A stretch of 64,000 bases of DNA from an uncultured Eubacteriales bacterium (GCA_964423315.1 CAYREO010000012.1:15534-79533), one strand, 5' to 3'. Counted from the first letter of the stretch, positions 1 to 10,345 are shown. Made by a program: numbers and translations. Notes: generated by a model not told the origin, from the sequence alone.

Positions 1-2
1 CG

Positions 3-932
3 ATGAGGAACCGGGGCTACGATTATCCCGATCTCGTCGCTGCGGCGGATCAGGGCGCGACGGTCCTGGATTTCTACGCCCGCCGATACGCCCACTCGAG
101 CGAGGACGAATGGCGGCGGAAGATCGAGGCCGGCCAAATCCTGCGGAACGGCCTCCCGGCGGCCCCCGAAGACATCCTTGTCCGCGGCGACGCGCTCCTC
201 TATCGCCGTCCGCCCTGGGACGAGCCCGACGCCCCGACGGACTTCACCACGCTCCATGAGGACGCCGACGTCCTTGTCCTCGACAAGCCCTCCGGCCTGC
301 CCGTCCTTCCGGGCGGCTTCTTCCTCGAGAACACCCTGCTCCATCTCGTTCGCCGGCGCTACGGCCAAGGCTGCTCGCCTCTCCACCGGCTCGGCCGCGG
401 CACCTCCGGGGCCATCCTGTTCACCCGCAACCCGCGGGCCGCGCGGCTGCTGGCCCGGGCCATGTTCGAACAGCGCATCCTCAAGGTCTACTTGGCCTTG
501 GCCGCGGGGACGGACATGCCGGACGCGTTCACGGTCGACGCGCCCATCGGGCCGGTCCGCCACACGCTCCCCCGGACCGTCAACGCCTACTGCCCCGACG
601 GCCGCCCGTCGACGAGCCACGTCCGCGTCGTCCGCAGGTTCCCCGACCGGGACGCCGCGCTGCTCGAAGCGACCATCCCGACGGGCCGCCCCCACCAGAT
701 CCGCATCCACCTGGCCTTCGCCGGACATCCTCTCGTCGGCGACCCTCTCTATCGGGCCGGAGGGGTCCCTCGGGAGGACGCCGTCGCCGACGATCTTGCC
801 CCGACGCCCGGCGCGACCGGCTATCTCCTTCATTCCTGGAAGCTCGGCTTTCCCCATCCTTCTCTCGGCGGGAACATCGAGGTCATCTGTCCTCCCCCCG
901 CGGCCCTCGATCCCGCCCCGGGGTCTCCCTGA
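3..932 (+). CDS. RluA-family pseudouridine synthase-like protein (S4-like N-terminus); catalytic Asp replaced by Gly
   Basis: Motifs LDKPSGLP, HRLGRGTSG (canonical HRLDxxTSG), TGRPHQIRIH, HPLVGDPLY, LHSWKLGF. Confidence 0.9.
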   Translation: MRNRGYDYPDLVAAADQGATVLDFYARRYAHSSEDEWRRKIEAGQILRNGLPAAPEDILVRGDALLYRRPPWDEPDAPTDFTTLHEDADVLVLDKPSGLPVLPGGFFLENTLLHLVRRRYGQGCSPLHRLGRGTSGAILFTRNPRAARLLARAMFEQRILKVYLALAAGTDMPDAFTVDAPIGPVRHTLPRTVNAYCPDGRPSTSHVRVVRRFPDRDAALLEATIPTGRPHQIRIHLAFAGHPLVGDPLYRAGGVPREDAVADDLAPTPGATGYLLHSWKLGFPHPSLGGNIEVICPPPAALDPAPGSP

Positions 933-1019
933 GTCTTCAATTCCCTCACCGAAAATGCTACACTGGAGGCGAGAATACCGGTCGTCGCCCGCTGAGGGGC
1001 GCCGCCTGAGGAGGTCGCG

Positions 1020-1943
1020 TTGAAAAGATCGGCAATCATCTTCATCGTCATCCTTATCGCCTCGGCATTCGTCCTGTCCGCCCAGGATTACAAGGGGAAA
1101 GGCCGGCTCGCGGGGACCGTGCTGGACCAGGACGGCAAGCCCCTCGAAGGCGTCACCGTCAAGCTGTTCTCGCCGCAGGCCGGCGGCGGCCTCGAGGTGA
1201 GAACGGACAAGAACGGCCGCTGGCTGGCCGCCTGGATCCGGAGCGGCGAATGGCACGTCGATTTCGAGAAGGCCGGGTACGCGCCGCAGAAGAAGTCCAC
1301 GGAGATCTCCGAGACCCGGAAGAACCCGGAGATGGAGATCCGCCTGGAGAAGGTCGAGGGGCTGGTCGTCACGGAGAGCGTCCAGGAGCTCCTGACCAAG
1401 GGCAACCTGCTCTTCGAGAAGAGCGATTACGAAGGGGCCCTGGCCGTTTACCAGGACATCATCACGAAATATCCCGATGTCTATGTCATCTACCGCAACA
1501 TCGGCAACTGCTACTTCGCCCAGGAGAAGTACGAACAAGCCGAGGAGAGCTATCTGAAGCTCCTCGCCGAGGACCCGAAGAACGTCGATGCCCTCATCGC
1601 CATCGGCAACTGCTACACGAACCGCGGGGAGGCCGAAAAAGCCCTGGAGTGGTACGGCAAGGTCGAGTTCGAGAAGATCGAGGACCCCGTCGTCCTCTAC
1701 AACCTGGGGACCATCTATTTCCGGACCGCGAAGTACGAGGACGCCTTGAGGTTCTATCGCAAGGCCGTGGAAAAGAGCCCGGAATCCGCCGACTCTCTTT
1801 TCCAGCTCGGCCTGGCTCACCTGAACCTTCAGAACAATCCCGAGGCCATCGCGGCCTTCGAGAGATACCTGAAGGTCGATCCCGATTCCGCGCGGGCGGA
1901 CACGGTCCGGAACTTTTTGGACTATCTGAGGAAGAAAAAGTAG
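1020..1943 (+). CDS. Exported protein: carboxypeptidase-regulatory-like domain plus TPR repeats
   Basis: TTG start after GAGGAGG; signal peptide; GTVLDQDGKPLEGVTV domain; repeated TPR helices (YNLG..Y..A..FY..A). Confidence 0.85.
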   Translation: MKRSAIIFIVILIASAFVLSAQDYKGKGRLAGTVLDQDGKPLEGVTVKLFSPQAGGGLEVRTDKNGRWLAAWIRSGEWHVDFEKAGYAPQKKSTEISETRKNPEMEIRLEKVEGLVVTESVQELLTKGNLLFEKSDYEGALAVYQDIITKYPDVYVIYRNIGNCYFAQEKYEQAEESYLKLLAEDPKNVDALIAIGNCYTNRGEAEKALEWYGKVEFEKIEDPVVLYNLGTIYFRTAKYEDALRFYRKAVEKSPESADSLFQLGLAHLNLQNNPEAIAAFERYLKVDPDSARADTVRNFLDYLRKKK

Positions 1944-1979
1944 CGCCCGCCGGCGGCCCCGCGGGCGGGGGAGAACGTC

Positions 1980-2894
1980 ATGACGACGAGAGCGCGATTA
2001 TGGGGTGCCGCCGCGCTGGCCGCGGCGGCCTTCGCCGCCGCCTGCGCGGCCGGCCCCAAGATGGACCTCGACCCCGAAAGCCGGAAGTTCTACGACGCGG
2101 CGAGGCTGATCATGACCGGCGAGGAGAGCAAGATCTTCGCCCGGCTCCCCGATGCCGAATCCCGGCGCGAGTTCATCGCCGATTTCTGGGAGAAGCGGGA
2201 CCCCGACCCGGGCACGCCCGAAAACGAGTACAAGCAAGAGTTCGAGGCCCGCGTGGACTATGCCAACCGGCGCTTCATGGAGGGCGGGCCGGGCATGAAC
2301 ACGGACCGCGGCCGGATCCATATCTTCATGGGCGCGCCCGATAAGTTCGAGGAGTTCTTCAACCACAACGATACGAGCGTCCGCGGCGCCATCCTGTGGT
2401 GGATCTATTACGACCATCGCCTGGGCATCGAGTTCGTCGACGAGCGGGGCACCGGCCGATACAAGATCCGCAACTACGACGGGGATTTCTTCGGGGCCAT
2501 GGACCTCATCAAGCTCGGCAGCTATGTCAGGGCCGACGACGTCTTCCGCAAGAAGTTCGTCAAGTTCGAGGTGACCTACGACGCGGGCCGCCGGGAGCTC
2601 GGGGTCGGCATCCCCTCCGACGCGCTCCTGTTCCGGGAGAACGACGACGGCGACCTGCAGGCCGACCTGAGCTTCGTCTTCTACATCTACGGGGACGGCG
2701 GCCTGAGCAAGGAGACCCACCGGGAAGCGAGGTCGGTCGTCGTCACGGACAGGGAGCTCGAGGGGATGAAGACCGTGGACCTGAGATTCGGCCTGGCCCT
2801 GAAGCCCGGGACGAATTTCGTCGACGTGATCATCCAGGGTCGCGAGACCTCGTCGAGCAGGGTCCGCCGGATCTTCGAGATCAAGGTGAGCTGA
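1980..2894 (+). CDS. GWxTD-domain lipoprotein
   Basis: Lipobox-like AAAC; FIADFWEKRDPDPGTPENEYK and variant core GMNTDRGRIHIFMGAPD. Confidence 0.85.
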   Translation: MTTRARLWGAAALAAAAFAAACAAGPKMDLDPESRKFYDAARLIMTGEESKIFARLPDAESRREFIADFWEKRDPDPGTPENEYKQEFEARVDYANRRFMEGGPGMNTDRGRIHIFMGAPDKFEEFFNHNDTSVRGAILWWIYYDHRLGIEFVDERGTGRYKIRNYDGDFFGAMDLIKLGSYVRADDVFRKKFVKFEVTYDAGRRELGVGIPSDALLFRENDDGDLQADLSFVFYIYGDGGLSKETHREARSVVVTDRELEGMKTVDLRFGLALKPGTNFVDVIIQGRETSSSRVRRIFEIKVS

Positions 2895-4972
2895 TGAGAG
2901 CCCCGCGCATCACGGCCGGACTGGCCTTCGCTCTGTGCCTGGCGGCCCTCATGGCCCCCGGCCAGGTCGTGGCGGAAAAAGACCTGGCCCCGCAATACCG
3001 GGATTGGCTGAAGCTCGTCGCCTACCACATCCAGCCCGTCGAGCGCGAAGTCTTCATGAAGCTCACGAACAACCGCGAGCGGGACATCTTCATCGAGGCT
3101 TTCTGGAAGCAGCGGGACCCGACGCCCGGCACGCCCGAGAACGAATACAAGGACGAGCTCAACAAGCGCTTTCAGTACGTCAACCAGTTCCTGGGCCGGA
3201 CGACGACCCGGGAGGGCTGGCAGACCGACATGGGGCGCATTTACATGATCCTCGGCCCGCCGGCCAGCATCGAGCGCTACGAGGGAACGCTGGGCCTCGT
3301 CCCCTGCCAGGCCTGGAGCTACTACGGGGACGCCCGCAAGGACCTTCCCCCCCAATTCAACCTCCTGTTCTTCCAGAGGGGCGGCGCGGGCGAGTACAAG
3401 CTCTACGATCCCCTCTCGGACGGCCCGGCCCGCCTCCTGCAGCACCAGAAGGACATCGGCGACCCCTTCGATTACGAGGCCCTCCACGAAAAGATCCTCG
3501 ACATCGCCCCGACCCTGGCCGACATCTCGATCACCCGCATCCCCGGGGAGTACAGCTTCGGGATGGCCCCCTCGCCCCGCAACAACATCCTCCTCGCCAG
3601 CATCCTGGAGTCCCCGAAAAAGGAGGTCAACACCTCCTACGCCACCCACTTCCTCAACTACCGGGGGGTCGTCTCGACGGAGTACCTGACGAACTACGTG
3701 GAGAGCCACGCCTCGACGGCCGTCATCCACGACCCGGTCATGGGCCTGAGGTTCCTCCATTTCACCATCGTCCCGACGAGCGTCAACGTCGATTATTACG
3801 TGCCGAAGAGCCAGTTCTACTGCAATTTCCAGCTCAACGTCAGCCTGCGGGACGGGGACCGCATCATCTTCCAATACAACCGGGAGTTCCCGCTCTATTT
3901 CCCGGAGAGCGACTGGGAGAAGGTCCGGGCCAACGGCCTGGCCATCGAGGACTCCTTCCCCGTCTCCGAGGGCCGGTTCAAGCTCAACGTCCTGCTGACC
4001 AACACGGTCGGCAAGCAGTTCAGCCTCCTGGAGCAGGACGTCATCGTGCCGCCGATGGGAGCGGCCCCTACCATCCAGGGCCCGCTCGTCGGCTACAAGT
4101 TCGAGAGGTACCAGCGCGAGACCCACATCCCCTTCAAGGTCCTCGACCGGAAGCTCGTCGTCGATCCCCAGAGGACTTTCGGGCGGTCCGACGAGATCGC
4201 CATCCAGTTCGACGTCCTGAACGTCACGGACGCCCTTCTCAAAGGCGGGCAGGCCCGGGTCGCGGTCCGCGGCCTGCAGGCGGCCGACCCGGTCCAGAGG
4301 TCCTACATCCTGAGCCTGAACGCCCTGCCGTACGGCCGGATGATCAGCCTGTCGCACACGATCGCCGCGGCGGATCTCGCTCCGGACTTCTACGAGGTCC
4401 TGGTGTCTCTCGTCGGCCCCGGCAGCGAGGTCCTCGACGAGAAGAAGGAGACCTTCATCATCTCTCTGAGCCAGTCCATCGGCCACCCCATCGCCCACGC
4501 CAAAGGGTTCCCGCTGGCCAACCAGTTCCTGTACCGCTACATGCTGGCCCAGCAGGCCGAAAAGCTGGACCGGACGGAGGCGGCCAGGGCCCTTTACGAC
4601 GAGGCCTTCCGCAGCGGGCCGGAATACAAGGAAGGCGTCGTCATGTACGGGAATTTCCTCAACCGCGCCGGGGCCTTTGAGGAGGCCCTGAGGATCGGCG
4701 ACGAGCTCCGGGAGGACGATCGGCGCCAGTTCCCGTATTACGTCATCCGGGGCCAGGCCCTCCTGGGGCTGGAACGATACGAGGACGCCCTGACGAACCT
4801 GCTCAAGGCCAACGAGATCTACAACAGCGACACGGCCGTCCTGAACGCCCTCGGGCTTTGCTACCACCGGCTGGGCAGAAAAACGGAAGCCCTGGAAGCC
4901 CTCAAAGCGTCGCTCAAACTGAACCCCGGACAGGACTCCGTTAAGAGCCTCATCCAAGAGATCGAGAGATAA
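2894..4972 (+). CDS. GWxTD-domain protein with C-terminal TPR repeats
   Basis: ATG at 2894 overlaps the upstream stop (ORF-track start 2396 is too early); FWKQRDPTPGTPENEY, GWQTDMGRIYMILGPP; TPRs at C-terminus. Confidence 0.9.
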   Translation: MRAPRITAGLAFALCLAALMAPGQVVAEKDLAPQYRDWLKLVAYHIQPVEREVFMKLTNNRERDIFIEAFWKQRDPTPGTPENEYKDELNKRFQYVNQFLGRTTTREGWQTDMGRIYMILGPPASIERYEGTLGLVPCQAWSYYGDARKDLPPQFNLLFFQRGGAGEYKLYDPLSDGPARLLQHQKDIGDPFDYEALHEKILDIAPTLADISITRIPGEYSFGMAPSPRNNILLASILESPKKEVNTSYATHFLNYRGVVSTEYLTNYVESHASTAVIHDPVMGLRFLHFTIVPTSVNVDYYVPKSQFYCNFQLNVSLRDGDRIIFQYNREFPLYFPESDWEKVRANGLAIEDSFPVSEGRFKLNVLLTNTVGKQFSLLEQDVIVPPMGAAPTIQGPLVGYKFERYQRETHIPFKVLDRKLVVDPQRTFGRSDEIAIQFDVLNVTDALLKGGQARVAVRGLQAADPVQRSYILSLNALPYGRMISLSHTIAAADLAPDFYEVLVSLVGPGSEVLDEKKETFIISLSQSIGHPIAHAKGFPLANQFLYRYMLAQQAEKLDRTEAARALYDEAFRSGPEYKEGVVMYGNFLNRAGAFEEALRIGDELREDDRRQFPYYVIRGQALLGLERYEDALTNLLKANEIYNSDTAVLNALGLCYHRLGRKTEALEALKASLKLNPGQDSVKSLIQEIER

Positions 4973-4982
4973 TAAACCAAAT

Positions 4983-5001
4983 ATTTGAATCCGATTCAAA
5001 T
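4983..5001. promoter_or_regulatory. Perfect 9-bp inverted repeat ATTTGAATC-C-GATTCAAAT in AT-rich intergenic region; candidate operator
   Basis: Read directly; AAATATTTGAAT also repeated at 4979-4990 and 5045-5056. Confidence 0.5.
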
Positions 5002-5271
5002 TATTGAAGGATTCCCCGCCCTCCACTCGCCACGACAATAATCTAAATATTTGAATTAATTGATCTTAAGGGGGGTCAAGCAGAGTATTTTTCTTGGCAC
5101 GAAAATTGCTAATAAAAAGAAGGATTAAGAGGCACTATAAGTATGATTATCAGGAATTTCCCGAAAGAGAGGAGGTGGTCATCCCACAAGGAAGCCTGCG
5201 GCAAGAAGGAAAGGAGTGAGTGGCCGTCCACTCAGAGCGAGGGAAAGGAACTCAACAGGAGGTAATCGCGA

Positions 5272-8200
5272 ATGAAGAGGTTCCTCATTGTTCTGTCCGT
5301 GCTCGTGTTCGCCATGGGGCTCGCGGCACAGGTCAGAACGGGCAACATTTATGGGAGGATCTCGGACTCGGAAGGCAATCCCCTGCCGGGCGTCACCGTC
5401 ACGTTGTCGGGGCCGGCCATCGCGCCCATGACCACGGTCACCACGGCGGCGGGCATCTACCGTTTCCCGTCGATCCCCCCGAGCACCCAGTATGAGATCG
5501 CGGCCGAGCTCGTCGGGTTCAAGAAAGAGGTCCGGACGAACATCATCGTCCAGGTCGGCTCCAACGTCGACATCCCCATCGTCCTCGAGGTCGGGACCCT
5601 GGAGGAGCAGATCACGGTCGTGGCCCTGACGCCGACCATCGAGACCAAGAAGACGACCGTCGGCGTCAACATCGACAAGGAAGCCCTTCAGTCCATCCCC
5701 ACGGCCCGCGACCCGTGGACGGTCATCCAGCTGGCCCCCTCGGTCATGGTCGACCGTGAGAACATCGGCGGCAACGAGTCCGGCCAGCAGTCGGGCTTCA
5801 TCGCCAGGGGCGACACGTCCGGGGCCCGCGTCTCGGGCAACCAGGGCGCCAACAACATCTGGGCGGTCGACGGCATCGACATCACCGACCCGGCGGCCCT
5901 CGGCGGTTCGGCGTTGTACTACGACTTCGACATGTTCGAGGAGTTCAACGTCACGACCGGCGGCGCGGCCGACGTCACCGTTCAGACCGGCGGCATCGCC
6001 CTGAACATGGTCACCCGCCGCGGCGGCAACCGGATGAGCCTGGCCGGCCGCTTCTACCTGACCGACAACTTCTTCCAGTCGACCAACATCACGGACGAGC
6101 TGAAGGCCCAGGGCGTTCTCGACACCAACAAGATCCAGATGATCAAGGACTACGGCTTCAACGCCGGCGGCCCGATCATCAAGGACAAGCTGTGGTGGTG
6201 GGGCGCCTACGGCGTCCAGGACATCTTCGTCTGGACGCTGCCCAGCCGCACGGGCATTGGCGTCGTCACGCCGGCGGCCGAGAGCAAGAGCCTGCTGAAC
6301 AACTACAACTTCAAGCTCAACGCCCAGATCCTGCCGAACAACCGCTTCGAGGCCCTGATCACCTCGGGGGCCAAGGAGATGTTCGGCCGCAACGCCAGCG
6401 TGGCCAAGCCCCAGGGCGACCACCAGACGGGCAAGTACCACTGGGGCAGCCCGATCGTCAAGCTTCAGGACGAGCACGTCTTCGGCAACAATTTCTTCGT
6501 GTCCCTGAAGTACTCCTTCAACGACGCCGGGTTCGGCTGGGTGCCGATCCCCGACCCGAAGACCGAATACCCCATCGTCTACGACCGCACGCTGACGAAG
6601 TACGTTCCCTTCGCCACGGGCATGCCCTACAGCAATACCTCTTACGGCGTGTCCCGTCCGCGGAACAACTACCAAATCCAGGGCAGCTACTTCAACGACA
6701 CGCTCCTTGCCGCCAGCCACGAGTTCAAATTCGGCGCCGAGTACTCCCACAAGGAACAATCCACCGAATCCTTTTCGACCGGCTACATCCAGGGCTTCAT
6801 GGTTTACAGGAACTACAACACCGAAGCCCTCGACGTGAACTATGACGGCGCCCGGACCGTGGCCGAGATGGCCGGCTGGCAGCGGCTCTACATCCCCCGC
6901 ATGGCCGGCAGCGCTTCGACCGCCGACCAGTTCGCGGCCTACATCCAGGACACGGTCGTCAAGGGCCGCTTCACGCTGCAGCTCGGCGTGAGGTACGACA
7001 AGCAGTGGTCGGGTCAGGGCGCCTATACGCGCTACGCGGCCCCGATCGACGGCGCGGCCTGGCAGCGGGCTTTCTCGCCCGAGGCCTCGGCCATCATCGA
7101 CGCCATCATCCCCGATGTCAACGTCGAGCCCGTCAAGGGCAGCGCCAACATCCTCGACGGCGAGAACCGGCCTTATCAGTGGAACGTCCTCTCGCCGCGC
7201 ATCGGCCTGACGTGGGACATCATGGGCGACGGCAAGACCGTGGCTAAGCTGGCCCTCTCCCAGTACGGCGACATCATGGGCGTCGGCTGGTATACGGTTT
7301 CGCCCACCGGCACCGGCGGCTACTTCTATCCCTGGTGGAACGACGCAAACGCGAACAGCAAGGTGGACTGGGATGAGCTCTATTGGGCCTGGTCCACCCG
7401 GTTCCCCTGGGCCTCCGGCTCCTACGGCCAGTACCGCTACGTCCCCTACCAGATCTTCTCCAACGCGAGCGGCACCCTGACGCCCGAAGCGGATTTCGCC
7501 CTCAACAACTTCTACGATCCGGCCAACGTCAACACCCGCTACCAATGCGAGGCCTACTATTCCGGCGGCGTTTCGGGCTACGACTGGTACGGGAATATCC
7601 CCGTCGATTACACGTCGGGCGATACCAGGTACTTCACGAACCGCGCGGCCCAGAACTCCGCTCGGACCCGCGAGATCCAAGTGTCCCTCGACCGCGAGAT
7701 CCTCACCGACTTCTCCGCGTCCATCGTCTTCAGCTACCGGAAGTTCGACAAGATCATGAGCAGTTTCACCTACTATCCGGTCGAGAAATGGCAGGAACAT
7801 GCCGCCATCTGGCGGACCTGGGCCGGCTACGGGCCGGACTACACGCCCACGTTCGACATCGTCATCGACCCGACGGTCGATCCCAAGTCCTATTTCGCCC
7901 CCGGCTTCACCCCGTACGATGCCAACAGCGGCTGGTACACCCAGGCCGGCACCATCCCCTCCACCTACTATATCGGTGGCACCTTCACGGGCACCGTCAA
8001 CACCGGCTTCACCTGGGCCATCGATCCGGCCTACCCTGAGGGCGACCCCCGTCGGGGCACGCAGTATTCCTCGGGCGAAGCGGCCGGACGTCCCTACTAT
8101 CTGCCTTCGGCCAATTGGCCCACCGGCATCTCCTCGCGCTACTCCCTGTTCTACACGAGCGATCAATGGTACGACTACATGGGCGTCGACCTCATCCTCA

Positions 8201-8844
8201 ACAAGCGGCTCTCCAAGAAATGGATGCTGAACGGCTCCTTCACCTGGCAGAAGCAGACGAGCCACTGGGGCACCTACTGGTTCGACGAGACCAACAAGTG
8301 GGCGTTCGACGGCCAGCCCTACGGCGACTGGGGCGGCGCGGCCAGCGGCAAGCAGTCCGTCCTCATGTACTCCCGCTGGATGGCCAAGCTCAGCGCCCTC
8401 TACCAGCTGCCCCTCGGCTTCAACATCTCCGGGACCTTCAACGCCCGCGAGGGATGGAGGATCCCCCAGTACTTCACGCTCTACAACTACGACGCCCCGA
8501 ACTACAGCGCCGGCTGGAGCAATACCATCTACAAGCAGAACCAGACCAAGGACGCTCTGCCCCTGTTCCACAACCTGACCATCCGTCTCGAGAAGAGGAT
8601 CAACATGGGCCAGGGCGGCCGCCTGTTCCTGATGGCCGACTGCTTCAACGTCCTCAACTCCAACATGGGCATCCGCTCCTATCCCAAGAACGACGGCTCG
8701 GCCTACTTCCGGCTGGCCGGCAGCCCCGACCCCGCTGAACGCACCATGCAGCAGTACAACAGCGTTGTCTACAACTACCCCGGCCTGCTCAACGAGATCC
8801 TCAACCCCAGGATCTGGAGATTCGGAGCACGGTTCGAGTTCTAA
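5272..8844 (+). CDS. Oar-like TonB-dependent outer-membrane receptor with carboxypeptidase-regulatory-like N-domain
   Basis: Signal peptide, GRISDSEGNPLPGVTV, plug motif IPTARDPWTVIQLAPSV, DGIDITD, aromatic-rich beta strands, C-terminal Phe (GARFEF). Confidence 0.9.
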   Translation: MKRFLIVLSVLVFAMGLAAQVRTGNIYGRISDSEGNPLPGVTVTLSGPAIAPMTTVTTAAGIYRFPSIPPSTQYEIAAELVGFKKEVRTNIIVQVGSNVDIPIVLEVGTLEEQITVVALTPTIETKKTTVGVNIDKEALQSIPTARDPWTVIQLAPSVMVDRENIGGNESGQQSGFIARGDTSGARVSGNQGANNIWAVDGIDITDPAALGGSALYYDFDMFEEFNVTTGGAADVTVQTGGIALNMVTRRGGNRMSLAGRFYLTDNFFQSTNITDELKAQGVLDTNKIQMIKDYGFNAGGPIIKDKLWWWGAYGVQDIFVWTLPSRTGIGVVTPAAESKSLLNNYNFKLNAQILPNNRFEALITSGAKEMFGRNASVAKPQGDHQTGKYHWGSPIVKLQDEHVFGNNFFVSLKYSFNDAGFGWVPIPDPKTEYPIVYDRTLTKYVPFATGMPYSNTSYGVSRPRNNYQIQGSYFNDTLLAASHEFKFGAEYSHKEQSTESFSTGYIQGFMVYRNYNTEALDVNYDGARTVAEMAGWQRLYIPRMAGSASTADQFAAYIQDTVVKGRFTLQLGVRYDKQWSGQGAYTRYAAPIDGAAWQRAFSPEASAIIDAIIPDVNVEPVKGSANILDGENRPYQWNVLSPRIGLTWDIMGDGKTVAKLALSQYGDIMGVGWYTVSPTGTGGYFYPWWNDANANSKVDWDELYWAWSTRFPWASGSYGQYRYVPYQIFSNASGTLTPEADFALNNFYDPANVNTRYQCEAYYSGGVSGYDWYGNIPVDYTSGDTRYFTNRAAQNSARTREIQVSLDREILTDFSASIVFSYRKFDKIMSSFTYYPVEKWQEHAAIWRTWAGYGPDYTPTFDIVIDPTVDPKSYFAPGFTPYDANSGWYTQAGTIPSTYYIGGTFTGTVNTGFTWAIDPAYPEGDPRRGTQYSSGEAAGRPYYLPSANWPTGISSRYSLFYTSDQWYDYMGVDLILNKRLSKKWMLNGSFTWQKQTSHWGTYWFDETNKWAFDGQPYGDWGGAASGKQSVLMYSRWMAKLSALYQLPLGFNISGTFNAREGWRIPQYFTLYNYDAPNYSAGWSNTIYKQNQTKDALPLFHNLTIRLEKRINMGQGGRLFLMADCFNVLNSNMGIRSYPKNDGSAYFRLAGSPDPAERTMQQYNSVVYNYPGLLNEILNPRIWRFGARFEF

Positions 8845-8863
8845 GCAGTTCTCGCTGACGCAC

Positions 8864-8904
8864 AAAAGCCCGTCCCGGCCCGCGCCGGGACGGGCTTTTC
8901 TTTT
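8864..8904 (+). terminator. Rho-independent terminator (possibly bidirectional)
   Basis: AAAAGCCCGTCCCGGC-CCGC-GCCGGGACGGGCTTTT followed by CTTTT, 20 bp after the receptor stop. Confidence 0.9.
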
Positions 8905-9023
8905 GGCCAGCGGCTCCCGGCCGATTTGGAAATCCCGAGGAATCCGATATAATGATTTTTAGGAAGAGAGCCGGCGTCGCCGAGGGCGCCCCGGATCCCG
9001 GTCAGGACAACGGAAAGGAGCCC

Positions 9024-10277
9024 ATGCTCATGAAAGACGATCGATCCCGAATGAAGGCGTTCGCGGCCCGGGCCGCGCTTCCCGGCTTGGTCGCCGGGCT
9101 CTTGGCCGCCGCGATGGCCGGCCCGCAGGCCGCTCCGGACGCCGCTTGGATCGAGGTTCCCGTTCTCGTCGAGGACCGGGGCGCGTTCGTCGAGGACCTG
9201 GCCCTCGACGATTTCGAGATCCTCGAGAACGGCGTCACTCAGATCGTCGGCCGCCTCTACGCCGTTGACCGCCGGACGGTCGTCCGCAGCGACGAGAGGG
9301 AACCGGTCCTGGCCCCCTACGTCGGCCAGCGCCATTACGTCCTCGTCCAGATGACGGACTGGGACTCGCGGGTCGGCGAGGCCATCGACGCCCTCGTCCA
9401 TTCCCATCTCCAGGCCGGCGACTCGCTGACCCTCCTCACCCCCATGAAGCCCTATATCGTGTCCCGGGAGACCCTGGCGTCCCGGCCCAAGGCGGAGATC
9501 TCCAAGAGCCTCCAGCAGGCCCTGCGCAAGGACGTCCAGATCGGCAGCAGCGAGTACCGGGGCCTCATCCGCAACCTGAGGCGCCTGTCGGTCTCGATGG
9601 GCGGGGGGCGGACCGGCGGCTTCGATGAGGACATCGACACGGACCTCTCGACGGGGGATTTTGGCCTCGAGCTGCAGATCGTCCAGTACCGGGACGCTCT
9701 CCGCAAGCTCGAGAACCTCCGCCTCGTCGACGAGGCCAAGCTCCTGGGTTTCGCCGATTCCGTGCGCGCCGAGCCCGGCCGGAAGTTCCTGTACTTCTTC
9801 TACCAGCGCGAGTTCCGCCCCGAGATCAGCCCGACGGCCCTCAACCGGCTGATGACCCTGAACCAGGAGAACCAAGAGATCGTCAGCAGCCTGGCGGAGC
9901 TGTTCCATTTCTACCGCCGCGAATCGACCCTGGACGTCGACCGCGTCAACAGGGCCTTCGCCGACGCCGGCCTGACCGTCCACTTCATTTACATGAGCCG
10001 CGAGGCCCAGCAGTTCCCCGGGGCGACCATGCGGGAGCAGTCGGAGGACATTTTCCAGGCCTTCACGACGATCGCCCGGGCGACGGGCGGGCTCAGCGAA
10101 ACGGCCCAGAACCCGGTCGTCTCCTTCCGCAAGGCCGCCGCCCGGTGGGAGAAGTACTACCTGCTCCACTACCGGTCCACCGCCGCGGAACCCGAGCCGG
10201 GCTTCCGGACGATCGACGTCCGGGTCAAGGGCCGGGACCTTCGGGTCTACAACCGGCCCGGCTACTACGCGAGGTGA
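9024..10277 (+). CDS. Exported VWA-related protein (acidobacterial type)
   Basis: AAGGAG RBS; EVPVLVEDRGAFVEDLALDDFEILENG and C-terminal YYLLHY...FRTIDVRVK..LRVYNRPGYYA typical of this family. Confidence 0.7.
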   Translation: MLMKDDRSRMKAFAARAALPGLVAGLLAAAMAGPQAAPDAAWIEVPVLVEDRGAFVEDLALDDFEILENGVTQIVGRLYAVDRRTVVRSDEREPVLAPYVGQRHYVLVQMTDWDSRVGEAIDALVHSHLQAGDSLTLLTPMKPYIVSRETLASRPKAEISKSLQQALRKDVQIGSSEYRGLIRNLRRLSVSMGGGRTGGFDEDIDTDLSTGDFGLELQIVQYRDALRKLENLRLVDEAKLLGFADSVRAEPGRKFLYFFYQREFRPEISPTALNRLMTLNQENQEIVSSLAELFHFYRRESTLDVDRVNRAFADAGLTVHFIYMSREAQQFPGATMREQSEDIFQAFTTIARATGGLSETAQNPVVSFRKAAARWEKYYLLHYRSTAAEPEPGFRTIDVRVKGRDLRVYNRPGYYAR

Positions 10278-10345
10278 CCCGACGACATCTCCGCTCGTCC
10301 GACTAAATCATGTTATCATCGAGGCGAGGCCGGGGACGCCGCCGG

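Noticed and set aside
5150-5270. c-di-GMP or c-di-AMP riboswitch in the receptor leader
   Set aside because: A GAAA stem-loop-like segment is present but the remaining consensus elements are absent.
2687-8865. Long antisense or alternate-frame ORFs (for example 2687-5038, 5179-8865, 32491-34269, 44329-45135)
   Set aside because: They overlap genes with clear motifs and RBS; long shadow ORFs are expected at this GC content and carry no recognisable domains.
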